The notes beneath the pieces were generated by a model that saw only the letters and a program-made list of their open reading frames with translations, had not been told where the DNA came from and did not search any database. DNA of 63,753 nucleotides, counting the filler, from Octopus bimaculoides (taxonomy: Eukaryota), in NCBI RefSeq assembly GCF_001194135.2. It is 6 parts of 5 records of this genome, joined end to end, with 100 filler letters (N's around TTAATTAATTAA, not from the genome) between each part and the next. Parts side by side here need not be neighbours in the genome. Positions count along the whole stretch, not along the records: positions 1 to 26,541 come from NC_068981.1; 5 more parts are not named here. One strand, 5' to 3'. The position numbers and the translations under genes were made by a program. Every line of letters starts with the position of its first letter. Positions within the stretch are counted from its first letter, which is position 1. This document shows, piece by piece, positions 11,365 to 23,179 of this stretch.

Positions 11365-11775
11365 GGCGCAGGAGTGACTGTGTGATAAGTAACTCGCTTA
11401 CCAACCACATGGTTCCGGGTTCAGTCCCACTTCGTTGCACCTTGGACAAGTGTCTTCTACTATAGCCTCGGGCCGACCAAAGCCTTGTGAGTGGATTTGG
11501 TAGACGGAAACTGAAAGAAGCCCGCCGTATATATGTGTATATATATGTGTGTGTGTATGTGTTTGTGTGTCTGTGTTTGTCCCTCCAACATCGCTTGACA
11601 ACCGATGCTGGTGTGTTTACGTCCCCGTAACCTAGCGGTTCGACAAAAGTGACCGATAGAATAAGTACTAGGCTTACAAAGAATAAGTCCTGAGGTCGAT
11701 TTGCTCGACTAAAGACGGTGCTCCAACACGGCCGCAGTCAAAATGACATGAAACAAGTAAAAGAATAAGAGAATA
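11365..11775 (+). mobile_element. SINE family A, full-length reference copy (tRNA-derived head, central (TA)/(TG) tract, hairpin tail)
   Basis: Degenerate A-box region (gagtgactgtgtgataag); B-box gggttcagtcc; MIR/CORE-like caccttggacaagtgtctt; tail cggccgcagtcaaaatgac..aaaagaata. Confidence 0.9.
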
Positions 11776-12514
11776 TGTATATAAATACACACGCGCGCGC
11801 GCCCACGCACACACGCATTGCAGTAATTAAATAAAATAAACAAACAGAAATTAGGAGGAGATTAGTGGAGTGGATTATTACGGTGGTCTAATCTCTCACA
11901 AAACCCGCAGCTCTGCAAACGTAAAACAGGATTTTCTTATCAAATGCCTACAAATCACAAAATAACCCAGAATACATAAAGAGACCGGAGCTATTAAGCA
12001 ATAAAGAAGCTGATACCTACCGGTGGTTGTTCTGTCTCGACAACCTCCATTTCGCTACTGCTTCCCCCATCACAACTAAGATCCCTTTCTCTTCCCTCCA
12101 TCTTAAATTTTAGACCCTGCTTCCCACCCTCGCTCTACGTCGCTCCATTTCCTTCCACCGTTTGCCATTATTTCGCAGTCAGAGTTGTTAGAATTCTTAT
12201 AAACATATATTTATAGCTGGTGTAAATAACGTTTTGTGAGCCATCACGATAGGGTCAGCTCTAAAGTGTGACTATAAAGGTAGACGGTTGTGATTATAAG
12301 CGAAGTTAATTCACATAGTCACAAAGTTTTTCCATATTTTATTTCTTTCATTCTTTTGATATCTCATTGGGTGGCGGTCATACTGGAGCACTGTCTAGAT
12401 ATAAATATCCTAATTCTTCTACCTTTATAGTCAGAAGAAAAGTTAGGAAAGTGATTCTAAGCGAAGTTAATTCTTTTGGTCACAAAGTTAATCATGTGTT
12501 ATTCTTTTATTCAT

Positions 12515-12870
12515 TTAATTATTTCAGTCATTAGATTGTGGCCATGCTGGGGCATCGTCTCGAAGGGGTTCAGCCAATCAAAACCACCCCAGTTCTTTTT
12601 CTTTTATTATTTTATTTGTTTCAGTCATTTGACTGCGGCCATGCTGGAGCACCGCCTTTAGTCGAGCAAATCGACGTCAGGACTTATTCTTTGTAAGCCT
12701 AGTACTTATTCTATCGGTCTCTTTCGCCGAATCGCTATTTTTACGGGGACGTAAACATACCAGCATCGGTTGTTAAGCGATGTTGGAGGGACAAACACTC
12801 ACACACACACACACACGCGCGCATATATAGCTGAAGACACTTGCCCGAGGTGCCACGCAGTGGGACATTT
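12515..12870 (-). mobile_element. SINE family A fragments (two tails, body and partial head)
   Basis: Reverse-complement match to the family-A tail at about 12525-12565 and 12615-12660, and to the body. Confidence 0.85.
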
Positions 12871-14042
12871 AAAGTTTCGAAACTTTTTCTATCGGTCACT
12901 TCTGCTGAAACGTCCTCTTACGGGAACATAAACAAACCAACGCTCGTTGCCATGCGGTGAGAAAACAAACTTCTTCATTGACGCTTCCATCTCTTGTTTT
13001 AGTTGATGAAGCTTCGTGAGTGCAAAAAGTGAGTCACGTATCGGGAACGAATAATAATCTGAAGAAGATGCTTTTCCGCAATCCTAACGTGCATAAACGG
13101 TGACTAAGCAAGGATCAGCTTCCGGAACTTGTTTCCAAACAGGGGCCTTTCGAACGCAAGGTGATGCTGCTCTGCATCAGGTGGAATTGTGAGGGAGTAA
13201 TTCACTAAGAGTTCGATCCGGGAAGTTACGAACGTTTTAGAGCGCTTCAATGGCGTGGCGTAAATCTATCTGAGAGACGCGGTTGAGATTACGCGCGCCG
13301 CGCGCGTGTGTGTGTGACTGACTGTATGTATGTATGTATGTATGTATGCATGTATACTTACATATAAGAGACAGGGTGTACGTACGCCGCTATATATATA
13401 TATATATATATATATATNNNNNNNNNNNNNNNNNNNNNNNNNNNNNNNNNNNNNNNNNNNNNNNNNNNNNNNNNNNNNNNNNNNNNNNNNNNNNNNNNNN
13501 NNNNNNNNNNNNNNNNNNNNNNNNNNNNNNNNNNNNNNNNNNNNNNNNNNAAGAACGCAAAACATCCAGATAGACGATGCAAAGAAAAAAAGGGCAGGTC
13601 ATTCGGAGTTTTCTTTCTTCAGTCGAGATCCAAATTATCCTTGCAATTTCGGCTGGTTATTCTCGATATTGCTCCAATCTGGCCAGCCCCAAGGAAAAAC
13701 TAAGCTAAGAGCATTAGATTCCTTGGAAGAAAGCAGCAAAATTATACAAAAACAAGGACGAAAGAAACGAACAATGTTACACAAATACAGTAGGAATAAT
13801 AACAGGACATAACAACAGACGTCTTTCGACTAAGGACGAATAAAATTAAGCTGGCGTAGATGGAAATAAGGCCTTACAGCAGGGATACAAGATTGTATGT
13901 ATGTATTTGCGTGTGCGTCAGCTCGTGTGTTCGTGTGCGTATATGCACCAATGTGTGTGTGTGTGTGTGTGTGTGTGAATGTACGCATGTGTGCGCTTCT
14001 GCGTAGCATGTTTCGATCAGTATTTAATAATATAAGTGTGAA

Positions 14043-14228
14043 AAGGCGGCGAGCTAGCTGGCAGAAACGTTATCACGCTGGGCGAAATGCTTAGCGGTAT
14101 TTCGTCTGTCTAAACGTTCTGAGTTCAAATTCTGCTTAGGCCAACCTTGCCTTTCATCCTTTCAGGGTCGATAAGTTAATACCAGTTGCGTATTGGAGTC
14201 GATCTAATCGATTGGCCTCTTTCCCAAC
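14043..14228 (+). mobile_element. SINE family B
   Basis: ggcggcgagctagctggcagaaacgtta..gttctgagttcaaattc..gggtcgataagttaataccagttgcg. Confidence 0.85.
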
Positions 14229-14254
14229 CTGTAACTCCGAACAGCCAAAGCAGA

Positions 14255-14568
14255 TATATGCCATTGTGCAACAATGGTTTACGGAAAGCGAGCTCTTCTG
14301 CAGCAAGACAACGGCAAGACTTCTCACCGCTCGAACGATCAAGAATAAACTCTAGGAAGTCGAGAAAATCTAAATCGAACTGATCGTACACCCTACATAT
14401 AATCTAGACTTAACATCCCTCTGATTATTACTTGTCCTATCCGTGGCTCGCTTCCTGCGCTCACAACGCTTCATCACGCAAGAAGAAGTGGAGGCTTTAG
14501 TGAAGGAATTCTTCGCATCGAAGAACAAGAACTGGTATCATCATGGGATCAAAGAACTGGCAGAAAGA
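14255..14568 (+). mobile_element. mariner transposase C-terminal relic
   Basis: ...TARTIKNKL*EVEKI*IELIVHPTYNLDL...VARFLRSQRFITQEEVEALVKEFFASKNKNWYHHGIKELAER, a degenerate HPPYSPDL and C-terminus. Confidence 0.8.
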
Positions 14569-14571
14569 ATA

Positions 14572-14800
14572 TTATTTACATTTGACGGATCTTTGTCCTC
14601 ATCTTGTTTGTTGTTAACACAACGTTTCGACTGATATACCCTCCAGCCTTCATCAGGTGTCTTGGGAAAATTTCGAACCTGGGTTCTCATTCCTAAGGTA
14701 TTTTTCGATGTTATTATTATTTATTATTCAGGTCACTGCTTGGAATCGAACTCGAAATCTTGGGGTTAGTAGCTCGCGCTCTTAACCACTACAACCATAT
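14572..14800 (-). mobile_element. tRNA-headed SINE-like element (family D) carrying a hammerhead ribozyme
   Basis: Reverse complement reads tggttgtagtggttaagagcgcg (A-box), gagttcgattcc (B-box, 14742-14753), a (TAA)-rich linker, then gacacCTGATGAaggctg..cagtcGAAAcgttgtgtt. Confidence 0.8.
14616..14661 (-). ncRNA. Minimal type-I hammerhead ribozyme (predicted)
   Basis: Stem I GACAC/GUGUU; core CUGAUGA(A); stem II GGCUG/CAGUC; GAAA; palindromic AACGUU stem III; GUU cleavage triplet. Confidence 0.75.
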
Positions 14801-14814
14801 ATATACATACATAT

Positions 14815-14878
14815 ATACGACGGGTTTCTTTCAGTTTCCGTCTACCAAATCCACTCACAAGGCTTTGGTCGGCCCGAG
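14815..14878 (-). mobile_element. SINE family A internal fragment
   Basis: tttcagtttccgtctaccaaatccactcacaaggctttggtcggcccgag. Confidence 0.8.
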
Positions 14879-15754
14879 TATATGCTTTATATATACGGGG
14901 GCAGTGGGGGTTGAGGGGTTGGGCTGGCATCGACCACGTTCGATTTACAATTTGTCCTTTTCTTTTTTAAAGAAGGTAGACTCTGATTTGGAAGGTAGGG
15001 TAGATTTGACTGATGTCTCGTGCAGGTAGAGTAACTGCATTAAAAAAAAAATATATTTGTTTCATTTCGTATATTGTTTTAAGTAGACATTCAGTATTCT
15101 ATAATTTTCGTATATCTTAAAGTTGGCATAACTACACAATTCTACCTCCTCCGATTTGTTTCCTCATAACTCACAGAAAAATGGATATTTTTTAATGAAA
15201 TTCACTTCAAATACGCTTTAGATGTTGCAGATTCCGATTATATCGGAATTTAGCATAAAGAAAAATTTGTGGGCTCGCACACATACATACTGACTCATAT
15301 CAGATATTTCTACAAAATGAAACTTGAAATTTCTGTAAAAATTCTGATGTGTTTCGGAATGAATGTTTTCATGCTCACCATTTTACTTTTCGCATCAAAT
15401 TCCAAAATATTCGCAACTTACTCACCCTGAAAAGTATTTGTGGAATATTTCATTAAAAAATACCCATTTTTCTGAAAGTTATGAGGAAACAAAACCGACA
15501 CATGTGAATTTTCTGAAACTCCTCTGCCCATTCACAGAATTTTTTTCCATCACAATTCCGATATAATCAGAATCTACATGCTTATTTGTAGAGAATTCCA
15601 TTAAAAATTATTCATTTTTCTGGATGTTATGAGGAAACAAAGTCGTCGGGGTGGGGGGACACTTGTATAAGTATGCCTTAAAGTTTACGTTTCTTCGTAT
15701 GACCTCTCTCTCACCTCAATTTCTGTCTTGTTTACACACTGCATTTTTTTTATT

Positions 15755-15847
<93 letters not shown>

Positions 15848-16489
15848 AAAAGCAATCCATCTTTATAATTAGTTCTTCATTGGGTCATTTGGTTTATGAA
15901 CATTTTCGCAAAAGAGTTTCTATGTTTCTAGAATAGTCTCTAGATCAATTCACAATAAAACCATTATTTACTGTGACGGACATTTTGTTTTTCTTCAATT
16001 ATCTTTCAAGAATTCTTAATCTTACCATTTTTATGCCATTTGTTTTCCTTTTACCGAAGTTCATGCTCTTTTTCCATATGTACTCCGTACTCTGTACTCT
16101 CTACCGCGATACTCTTTTTATTATTATTTGTGTGGTTTAAAAAAAAATTAGATTCATATCTAAATGGCAAACCTTTCCTTGATTTTACATTCTTTCTTTC
16201 TGTATTTTTAAATCATTTCCACGCTTAACTCTTCTTTTTTTACAGCCATTGATATTTTTAATGATGCTAATGCCAACGTCTTCGGTTAATACTCGAACTG
16301 TTTTGTAAATTTGGTGGTTCCAGCGACATTTGGACCGACACCAATTTGTTTCATTATGTTATGTTTTACGTTGAGTAACGCAATATCCTACCCAGCTGAG
16401 ACTTCTGATGAAATGTTATTTAACTAACTTTTTAATATATTATAACATAACGTTTACGTTAGATAATTATCCCAAAACATTCATGTGAA

Positions 16490-16625
16490 GGCGCGTGGCT
16501 TAGTGGTTAGGGTATAGCACGCACGGTTGTAAAGATCATGGTTTCGATTTCCCGGACCGGGCGACGCATTGTGCTCTTGAGCAAACCACTTCATTTCACA
16601 TTGCTCCAGTCTACTCAGCGGCAAG
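16490..16625 (+). mobile_element. SINE family C, head fragment
   Basis: ggcgcgtggcttagtggttagg..ggtttcgatttccc..ttgagcaaaccacttcatttcacattgctccagtc. Confidence 0.65.
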
Positions 16626-17159
16626 TGAGTAACCCTTCAAAGGACTATCGTCCCGTTCTGGGGAAATGTTATCTCCTCAGTCACAAGTTAACCGGCTCAG
16701 TGAGTCCGAAGACTCGAGGCGGTAATGTACAAGGGTTACGTCAACCCTTTTACTCACTTATTTAGGGACTGATAATTATTTGATATTACTAATTACTGTA
16801 TTTTCCGAATCGTTAACGCGCCGGAGAAAATGCTTATCGGCATTTCTTCCGGTTCTGTGCGTTCAAATACCACAGGAGTTCAATAAAATAAAGTACCAGT
16901 CAAATACTCGGGTTGATGTAATCGATTAATCCTTACTCCTAAAATTACTTGTCTAGGGATGGTGGGGTCGGTCGGCTCCGGATGACGTTTTGAGCCCCGG
17001 GTCTCGGGCAGCATTCTGGCGTCTGCTGTATAAACCTGTGTTAGCAGGATGGTGGTGGGGTTAGCGAACACAAGGACTGGGAGGCACACAATCTGGCTAC
17101 TCCACTGAAAACAATAGCAACAAATAAAGGCCTGCAGCGAGTCCTTTTGACATTTGATA

Positions 17160-18345
17160 GCCGTTACTTTTAGCTTACTTTGGAAGCAAATTGCGCGTAA
17201 TTTTGTTTAACATACAGCTGTTGATTCAATGTCAATTTTAACATGGAATGCAAAAACGAATACTTTCGTTATATTTTGCTTCTTTTATTAGAAAGCTGCA
17301 GAGGTTCACAAAGTGATATGTGAAGTTTATGGTGTTGATTGCTTAACAGAACGCACACGTCAAAAATGGTTTTTAAAAATTCCGTTCTGGAGATTTTTCA
17401 CGCAAAGATGTTCAACATTCTAGTCGACCTACTTAAGTTGATGATGACCGAATCAAAGCCATAATTGAATCTGATTGTCATATAACTGTGCGAGAGATTG
17501 CAGAGAGGTTAAATGTCTCACACACAACGATTGAAAATAACTTAAAATGATTTGGACTCGTTAAGAAGCTCACTATTTGGGTTCCACATAAATTGAAAGA
17601 AATTCACTTAACACAACGAATCAGTATTTGCGATATGCATCTCAAACGCAATGAAATCGACCTTCTTTTGAAACGAATCAGCAGTGGTGACGAAAAATGG
17701 ATTGTCTACCATAACATCAATCGGAGACGGTCATAGTCCAAGCGTAATGAACCAGCACAAACCACATCGAAAGCTGAATTGCACTCAAAAAAGGTCATGC
17801 TGTCAATTTGGAGGGATTACAAAGGTGTTGTGTATTTTCAGCTACTTCCAAGGAACTAAACAATCAATTCAGGTATTTACTGTCAACAACTAATGAAACT
17901 GGAGAAAGCAATCAAAGAAAAACGGTCAGAATTAGCAAATCATAAAGGAATCGTGTTCCACCATGACAACGCTTGACTACACATGTCTTTGCTAACTCGT
18001 GAAAAACTATTGGAACTTGGTTGGGAAGTGATGTCACATCCACCATATAACCCTGAACTTGCACCATTTATTACCATTTATTTCGAAGTTTGCAAAGTTC
18101 TTTGGATGGTAAAACTTTCAATAATGGTGATGATCTGAAATCGCACTCGCTTCAGTTTTTGGCCGATGCGGACGAGAAGTTCTACGAACGCAGAGTCCTG
18201 AAGTTGCCAGAAAGATGGCAAAAGGTCATCGAACAAAATGGAAAATATAGAATTGATTAAAAGTTCATTCTGTGTACGAATAAAAAAAAAAATGACTTTT
18301 TATTTTACACTCAAAAAAGCCGAAATTACTTTCTTGCCAATCCAA
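17160..18345 (+). mobile_element. mariner element (Mos1/mellifera-like), 5' TIR missing, transposase pseudogene at about 17243-18260
   Basis: MECKNEYFRYILL; IWVPHKL; SGDEKWIVY; VFHHDNA; HPPYNPELAP; PERWQKVIEQNGKYRID*; several frameshifts; 3' TIR aattactttcttgccaatccaa followed by TA. Confidence 0.92.
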
Positions 18346-18900
18346 TATATTAATGTGACCTGACATCTCGCTGACATCCCGCTGTCGGCAGTTATCGCAA
18401 TGAAAAGATATTTCTACTAAATCACAGTGTCAGGTCACGCTTACGGGTCCATCCGGAAGTAGATTCATTATATATTTTCATAATACATTCTTCTGGCGTT
18501 AAATAAATAATACAATTATTTGCCCTTCTAACCCGATATAGTGTAACGGGAACGAATCTTCTGGTGGTTCGTACCTGGTCAATATTATATCCGGAGGAAA
18601 AGAGTATTATGATAACCTGCCACTCCTTGGTGTATTATGCGTGTGTGAGTGTGCTTGGTTGTGAACTGAGTATGAAATAGGAGTAAAATATAGGAGGCAG
18701 TGTTATCCCGATACCCAGAGTTTATAATACATACACAGGTAGATTTGTTAGTCAGCTGTTATGTGGACACACACACACACACATAAATATATGCATATAT
18801 TTATATGCATATATAAGTATAAGNNNNNNNNNNNNNNNNNNNNNNNNNNNNNNNNNNNNNNNNNNNNNNNNNNNNNNNNNNNNNNNNNNNNNNNNNNNNN

Positions 18901-18938
<38 letters not shown>

Positions 18939-19345
18939 CAATGGAGGTAAATGGAACAAGTAAACTGTGAGATAAGTAGATAGATAGGTGAATAGGTGAT
19001 ACGAACAGACAAGCACACACATACACATATACATACATGCATGCACAAAAGAAGATTGAAACACATAACCATATATACATATGCATACTTCACACATGCA
19101 TACGCATACTTCACACATACGTATGGACACATGTGGAGACACACATCCACACATCCATACAAGTGTACGTACATAGTCACATAAACACGTACACATAGAC
19201 ACAAATACGCACACACAAGGAGACGGAGATACAAGCACATATGTACACACACATGAATATGCAGAATACATACATTCCAATGCGCACAAACACACACATA
19301 TATGCATATAAACATATACATGCATACATATATGCTTACATACAT

Positions 19346-19378
<33 letters not shown>

Positions 19379-19718
19379 GGCGCAGGAGTGGTTGTATGGC
19401 AAGTAGCTTGCTTACCAACCACATGGTTCCGGGTTCAGTCCCACTGGATGACACCTTGGGCAAATGTCTTCTACTATAGCCTCGGGCCGACCAAAGCCTT
19501 GTGAGTGGATTTGGTAGACGGAAACTGAAAGAAGCCCTTCGTATATATATATATGTATGTATGTGTGTGTGTCCCCAACATCGCTTGACAACCGATGCTG
19601 GTGTGTTTACGTCCCCGTAACTTAGCGGTTCGGCAAAAGAGACCGATAGAATAAGTACTAGGCTTCCAAAGAATAAGTCCTGGGGTCGACTTGCTCGACT
19701 AAAGGCGATGCTCCAGCA
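19379..19718 (+). mobile_element. SINE family A, 3'-truncated
   Basis: Close match to 11365-11775 up to ctccagcat. Confidence 0.9.
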
Positions 19719-19809
19719 TTATTATTTGGGTCCATATGTGTGTGTGCGCGCGGCGATTGATAAGCTAATTATTCGCTTTATACACAAGTAAACTTATTTC
19801 AGTGGATAG

Positions 19810-20015
19810 GGGAATTCGGCTCACAACTGTAAGGTCTTAAGTTCGATTCCCGACGCGTGTCGTGTTCTTGAGTAAGCCACTTTATTTTGCAGGTGGAAAA
19901 AATGCGTCGCACCTGTATTTCAAAGGACCAGCTTCTTCACAGTTTGTGTCACGCTGAATCTCTCTGAGAGCTACGTTAATTGTATGCGTGTCTGTGGAGT
20001 GCTCAGCGTTGCACG
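19810..20015 (+). mobile_element. SINE family C, degenerate
   Basis: attcggctcac..agttcgattccc..gtatttcaaaggaccagc..tgtctgtggagtgctcagc. Confidence 0.7.
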
Positions 20016-20132
20016 TATTAGTTTATCTTGATATATATTCCAAGTCACAGGCCACAATATGTACATACATACAAGGTAACCGAAGTCTTGCATCGGGATA
20101 CATCTTATCATTGAGAATGTTATAGATGATGG

Positions 20133-20226
20133 AAGGCGGTGAGCTGGCAGAAACTTTAGCACGTCGGGCGAAATGCTTAGTTATATTTCGTACGTCTTTG
20201 CGTTCTGAGTTCAAATTCCGCTGAGG
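20133..20226 (+). mobile_element. SINE family B, 5' fragment
   Basis: ggcggtgagctggcagaaactttagcacgtcgggcgaaatgctt..gttctgagttcaaattccg. Confidence 0.8.
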
Positions 20227-20502
20227 CTCTTTGTGTGCCTTGTATTTTTAAGGGTTTTTTGACATATATCTTTTTTTTATTTTTGCATGTCCCACATGCT
20301 ATACCTTAATTTTTCATTTATGTATTCTTTATTATTGTTACTATTATTTTTTTTCTGCTGTACCCTTATTTTTATTTTTATTTTGATTTTAATTCTATTT
20401 TTTATTTTTATTTCTATCTTATTTTTGCTGTTGTTTTTCTTCTGGTCTCTACCACACCTCTGTTTTTACCTCTTGCTCTACATTTATATGAAACCCTTTG
20501 TG

Positions 20503-20631
20503 AATCTCTGAAGAGGCCTAGCGGTTCGGGCATGTAACCCCATTTCAAAATGTCATCCGATAATCACTCCGGAAAGGAATATTCGGATAGAATGGGGCTT
20601 GCTAAAACTAGGCCGAAACAGCTGTAAGATT
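20503..20631 (+). ncRNA. Type-I hammerhead ribozyme with extended stem II (predicted), in a Penelope-pLTR-like context
   Basis: Stem I AAUCU/AGAUU; core CUGAAGA (20508-14); stem II GGCCUAG/CUAGGCC, 7 bp perfect; GAAA (20615-18); palindromic ACAGCUGU stem III; GUA cleavage after 20626. Confidence 0.85.
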
Positions 20632-22055
20632 AAACTTCTGTTCATCCTCTAATTCCTTATGTACTTTGTACTTCTATATGTAAACCAGGTTGGCAAAATA
20701 ACATAGTCTGCCATGGACACCTGTGCTTTGGTTCTTTCTTTCTTTTTCTTTATTTTTTTGTCACTTTTGCTATGAATTAAATTAATGAATTCAACGGGAT
20801 ACACCGTCTGCAAGTAGTTGGGTTCAGCATATTATCCTCCATTTTCTAATTGTTATACAAATTTGGGGTAAAACCTCCACTTTTACCCGCTCCCTTTGAT
20901 TGCACTTAGTATAGCACTAGTGTAGCAACAATTGGGTACCCTCCCAGCAGTATACTGGATAGATACTATCCCTTAGTGGGTTGAACCCCCAACCCCTAAC
21001 TCTCTCACGTTATATATATATATATATTTGTTTGTTTATATTACACTTACCTTTTTTTTTACAAACATACAAGAGTTTATTACCAGTTAACCACCCGTTA
21101 ACCGTTCGCTACCCACCCACTAAGCATCACAAAGAGAGCGGGAAGAAAGATGTTCTAATGCATTAAACATTACAGAGGACGAACGACATCTTGGGAGAAA
21201 ATCTTGTCGAAGGTTCGACAGAAGGTTAAAATGTCCAGGGTGAAACGGGTGGTGGGATTCATCGAGTTGTTATCGAGGGAGTTACAAGCTTTATAATAGA
21301 ACGAATTTTATGACGATTGTCTGTAAACAGTACCGCAATCCCTGGGAAGATATTAAGGGCTGTTGGCGTTGGGGTTACCCTCTTTCGCTCTGTCTCCCTT
21401 TCTCTTTTAGGACCGCTTTGTTTTATACATATATCTTGTGAAATAAAATCCCCCCCCCACCTTTTCGTTGTTGTTTCTTTGTGCGATTATGGCGGCGGTG
21501 GCGGTGATGGTATTAATAATACTAATAAAGTCCCCATGTTTTTTTTTTCTGCTCTCTTTTCTTTTCCTCCATCTTCATAAGACAATTCGGTTATCTTCGT
21601 TATCTTCGTCGGACTGTTTGTTTGAAATAAATGTAAACAATTCTAGCCTGCGTTTGGTAAAACCCAAGCACCCCTCCCAAATTCCTTACATTTGTGGCCA
21701 TGCACGTGTATCTATGATAGGTGGGGGTACGTGCGTAAATATACACATGTACGTGTATATATGAAGATGTTGGTGGGGGGTTTTTTGTGTGCGTATGTGT
21801 ATATATTTGTTGTATATACGTGAGAATTCTATTTCTTTTTGAGCAACAGATTTCTAAAAATAATAAAATAAAAATCACATAAACAAAAAAAAAATTGCTC
21901 CCCAAAATAACAGCGAGATATCTTTTGACAGCAAACGATTTAAGTAGTGAAGGAGAGGGGGGCGTTGGTAACTGCTCTCGTGGCTTCTTGACGCCACCCG
22001 CACCTCCAGCTTCTCATTTACTTTGACTCTCTTTCTGTGTTACCCGATGTGTCAT

Positions 22056-22093
<38 letters not shown>

Positions 22094-22366
22094 TTATGTA
22101 TATATATATATATATAATTATGTTTAATTATGTGTGTGCGTATGTACACACACACATCAGTGCATATAGGAAAAAAAGAACTCAAAATATGAGATATAAT
22201 TTGGTAAGTGCCAACGCACGAAACTCTCGGATCGTCAGTCACTTTGTTACTTGTGCTAAAAATGTATATATATATATATATATATATTAAACGCACTCAC
22301 TCACACACATATGACTGTAGAGGAATGGTTTATGCGAACCTTGCAAATCCTACCCAAAGAATGTGT

Positions 22367-22420
22367 CAGCAAGGTAAGAGTTAGCAGCAAGGTAAGAGTT
22401 AGCAGCAAGGTAAGAGTTAG
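22367..22420 (+). repeat. 18-bp tandem repeat x3 (CAGCAAGGTAAGAGTTAG)
   Basis: Directly visible. Confidence 0.9.
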
Positions 22421-22624
22421 CGGCAAGCTCAACGTAGAATTTCGCAGGTGAGGTGTTCAGCAAGGCTCGGTTATCATTCCCCTCCTAAACAGGTTTTAAT
22501 GCGAGGATTTAGATGAGCTGTACGTAGAAACAACCCTATGGCAATAACCAAGTTCTCGCAGAGGAATCTCTCGAAGAAATTTTAAACCGAAATGCAAAAC
22601 AAAGTTTATTATTTTTTTAATTCT

Positions 22625-22840
22625 TTTATTTCTTTATTAGTTTCAGTCATTTTGACTGCGGCCATGCTGGAACAACGCCTTTAATCGAACAAATCGCCCC
22701 CCGCCTCCAGGACGGACTTGTTCTTTGTAAGCCTAGTACTTATTCTATTAGTCCCTTTTGCCGAACTGCTAGTTTACGGGGACGTAGACTCACCAACATC
22801 GGTTGTCGAGTGATGGTGGGGAGACAAACACAGACGCACA
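22625..22840 (-). mobile_element. SINE family A, 3' half
   Basis: tttcagtcattttgactgcggccatgctgg..gtaagcctagtact..accaacatcggttgtc. Confidence 0.85.
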
Positions 22841-22975
22841 AATACATACATACATACATACATACATACATACATGTGTGTGTGTGTGTGTTTAGAGAGT
22901 TTTTGAAGTGATGTACAGATATTGTATATTGAAAACAACAAGGTAGTCAGAATGTTGGCCAATTATATATGTATG

Positions 22976-23046
<71 letters not shown>

Positions 23047-23061
23047 GTATATCTGTGTACG

Positions 23062-23148
23062 ACTATTGCGGTTATTATGTGTCAAAATTCCCAAACCCCC
23101 TGCGATAGGAGAACCGCGATAGGAGAACTGCGATATAGTGAGGGATTA
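23062..23148 (+). mobile_element. pogo/Tigger-like MITE, 3' end fragment
   Basis: ccgcgataggagaactgcgatatagtgagggattactg matches the right end of 27961-28188. Confidence 0.7.
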
Positions 23149-23179
23149 CTGTTAATAATATTAACTAATTAATTAATAA

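Noticed and set aside
11365-11440. SINE heads as tRNA genes (also families B, C and D)
   Set aside because: A/B boxes are present but there is no full cloverleaf, and each continues into a multicopy SINE body
13125-13190. - strand CTGATGC..GTTC-GAAA-GGCC hammerhead-like string (similar weak cases at about 3005-3050 and 56700-56735)
   Set aside because: Core, cleavage triplet and stem I are all defective; indistinguishable from chance by eye
14965-15685. TTAA-flanked segment as a Kolobok/piggyBac-like non-autonomous transposon
   Set aside because: Terminal inverted repeats are not convincing by eye
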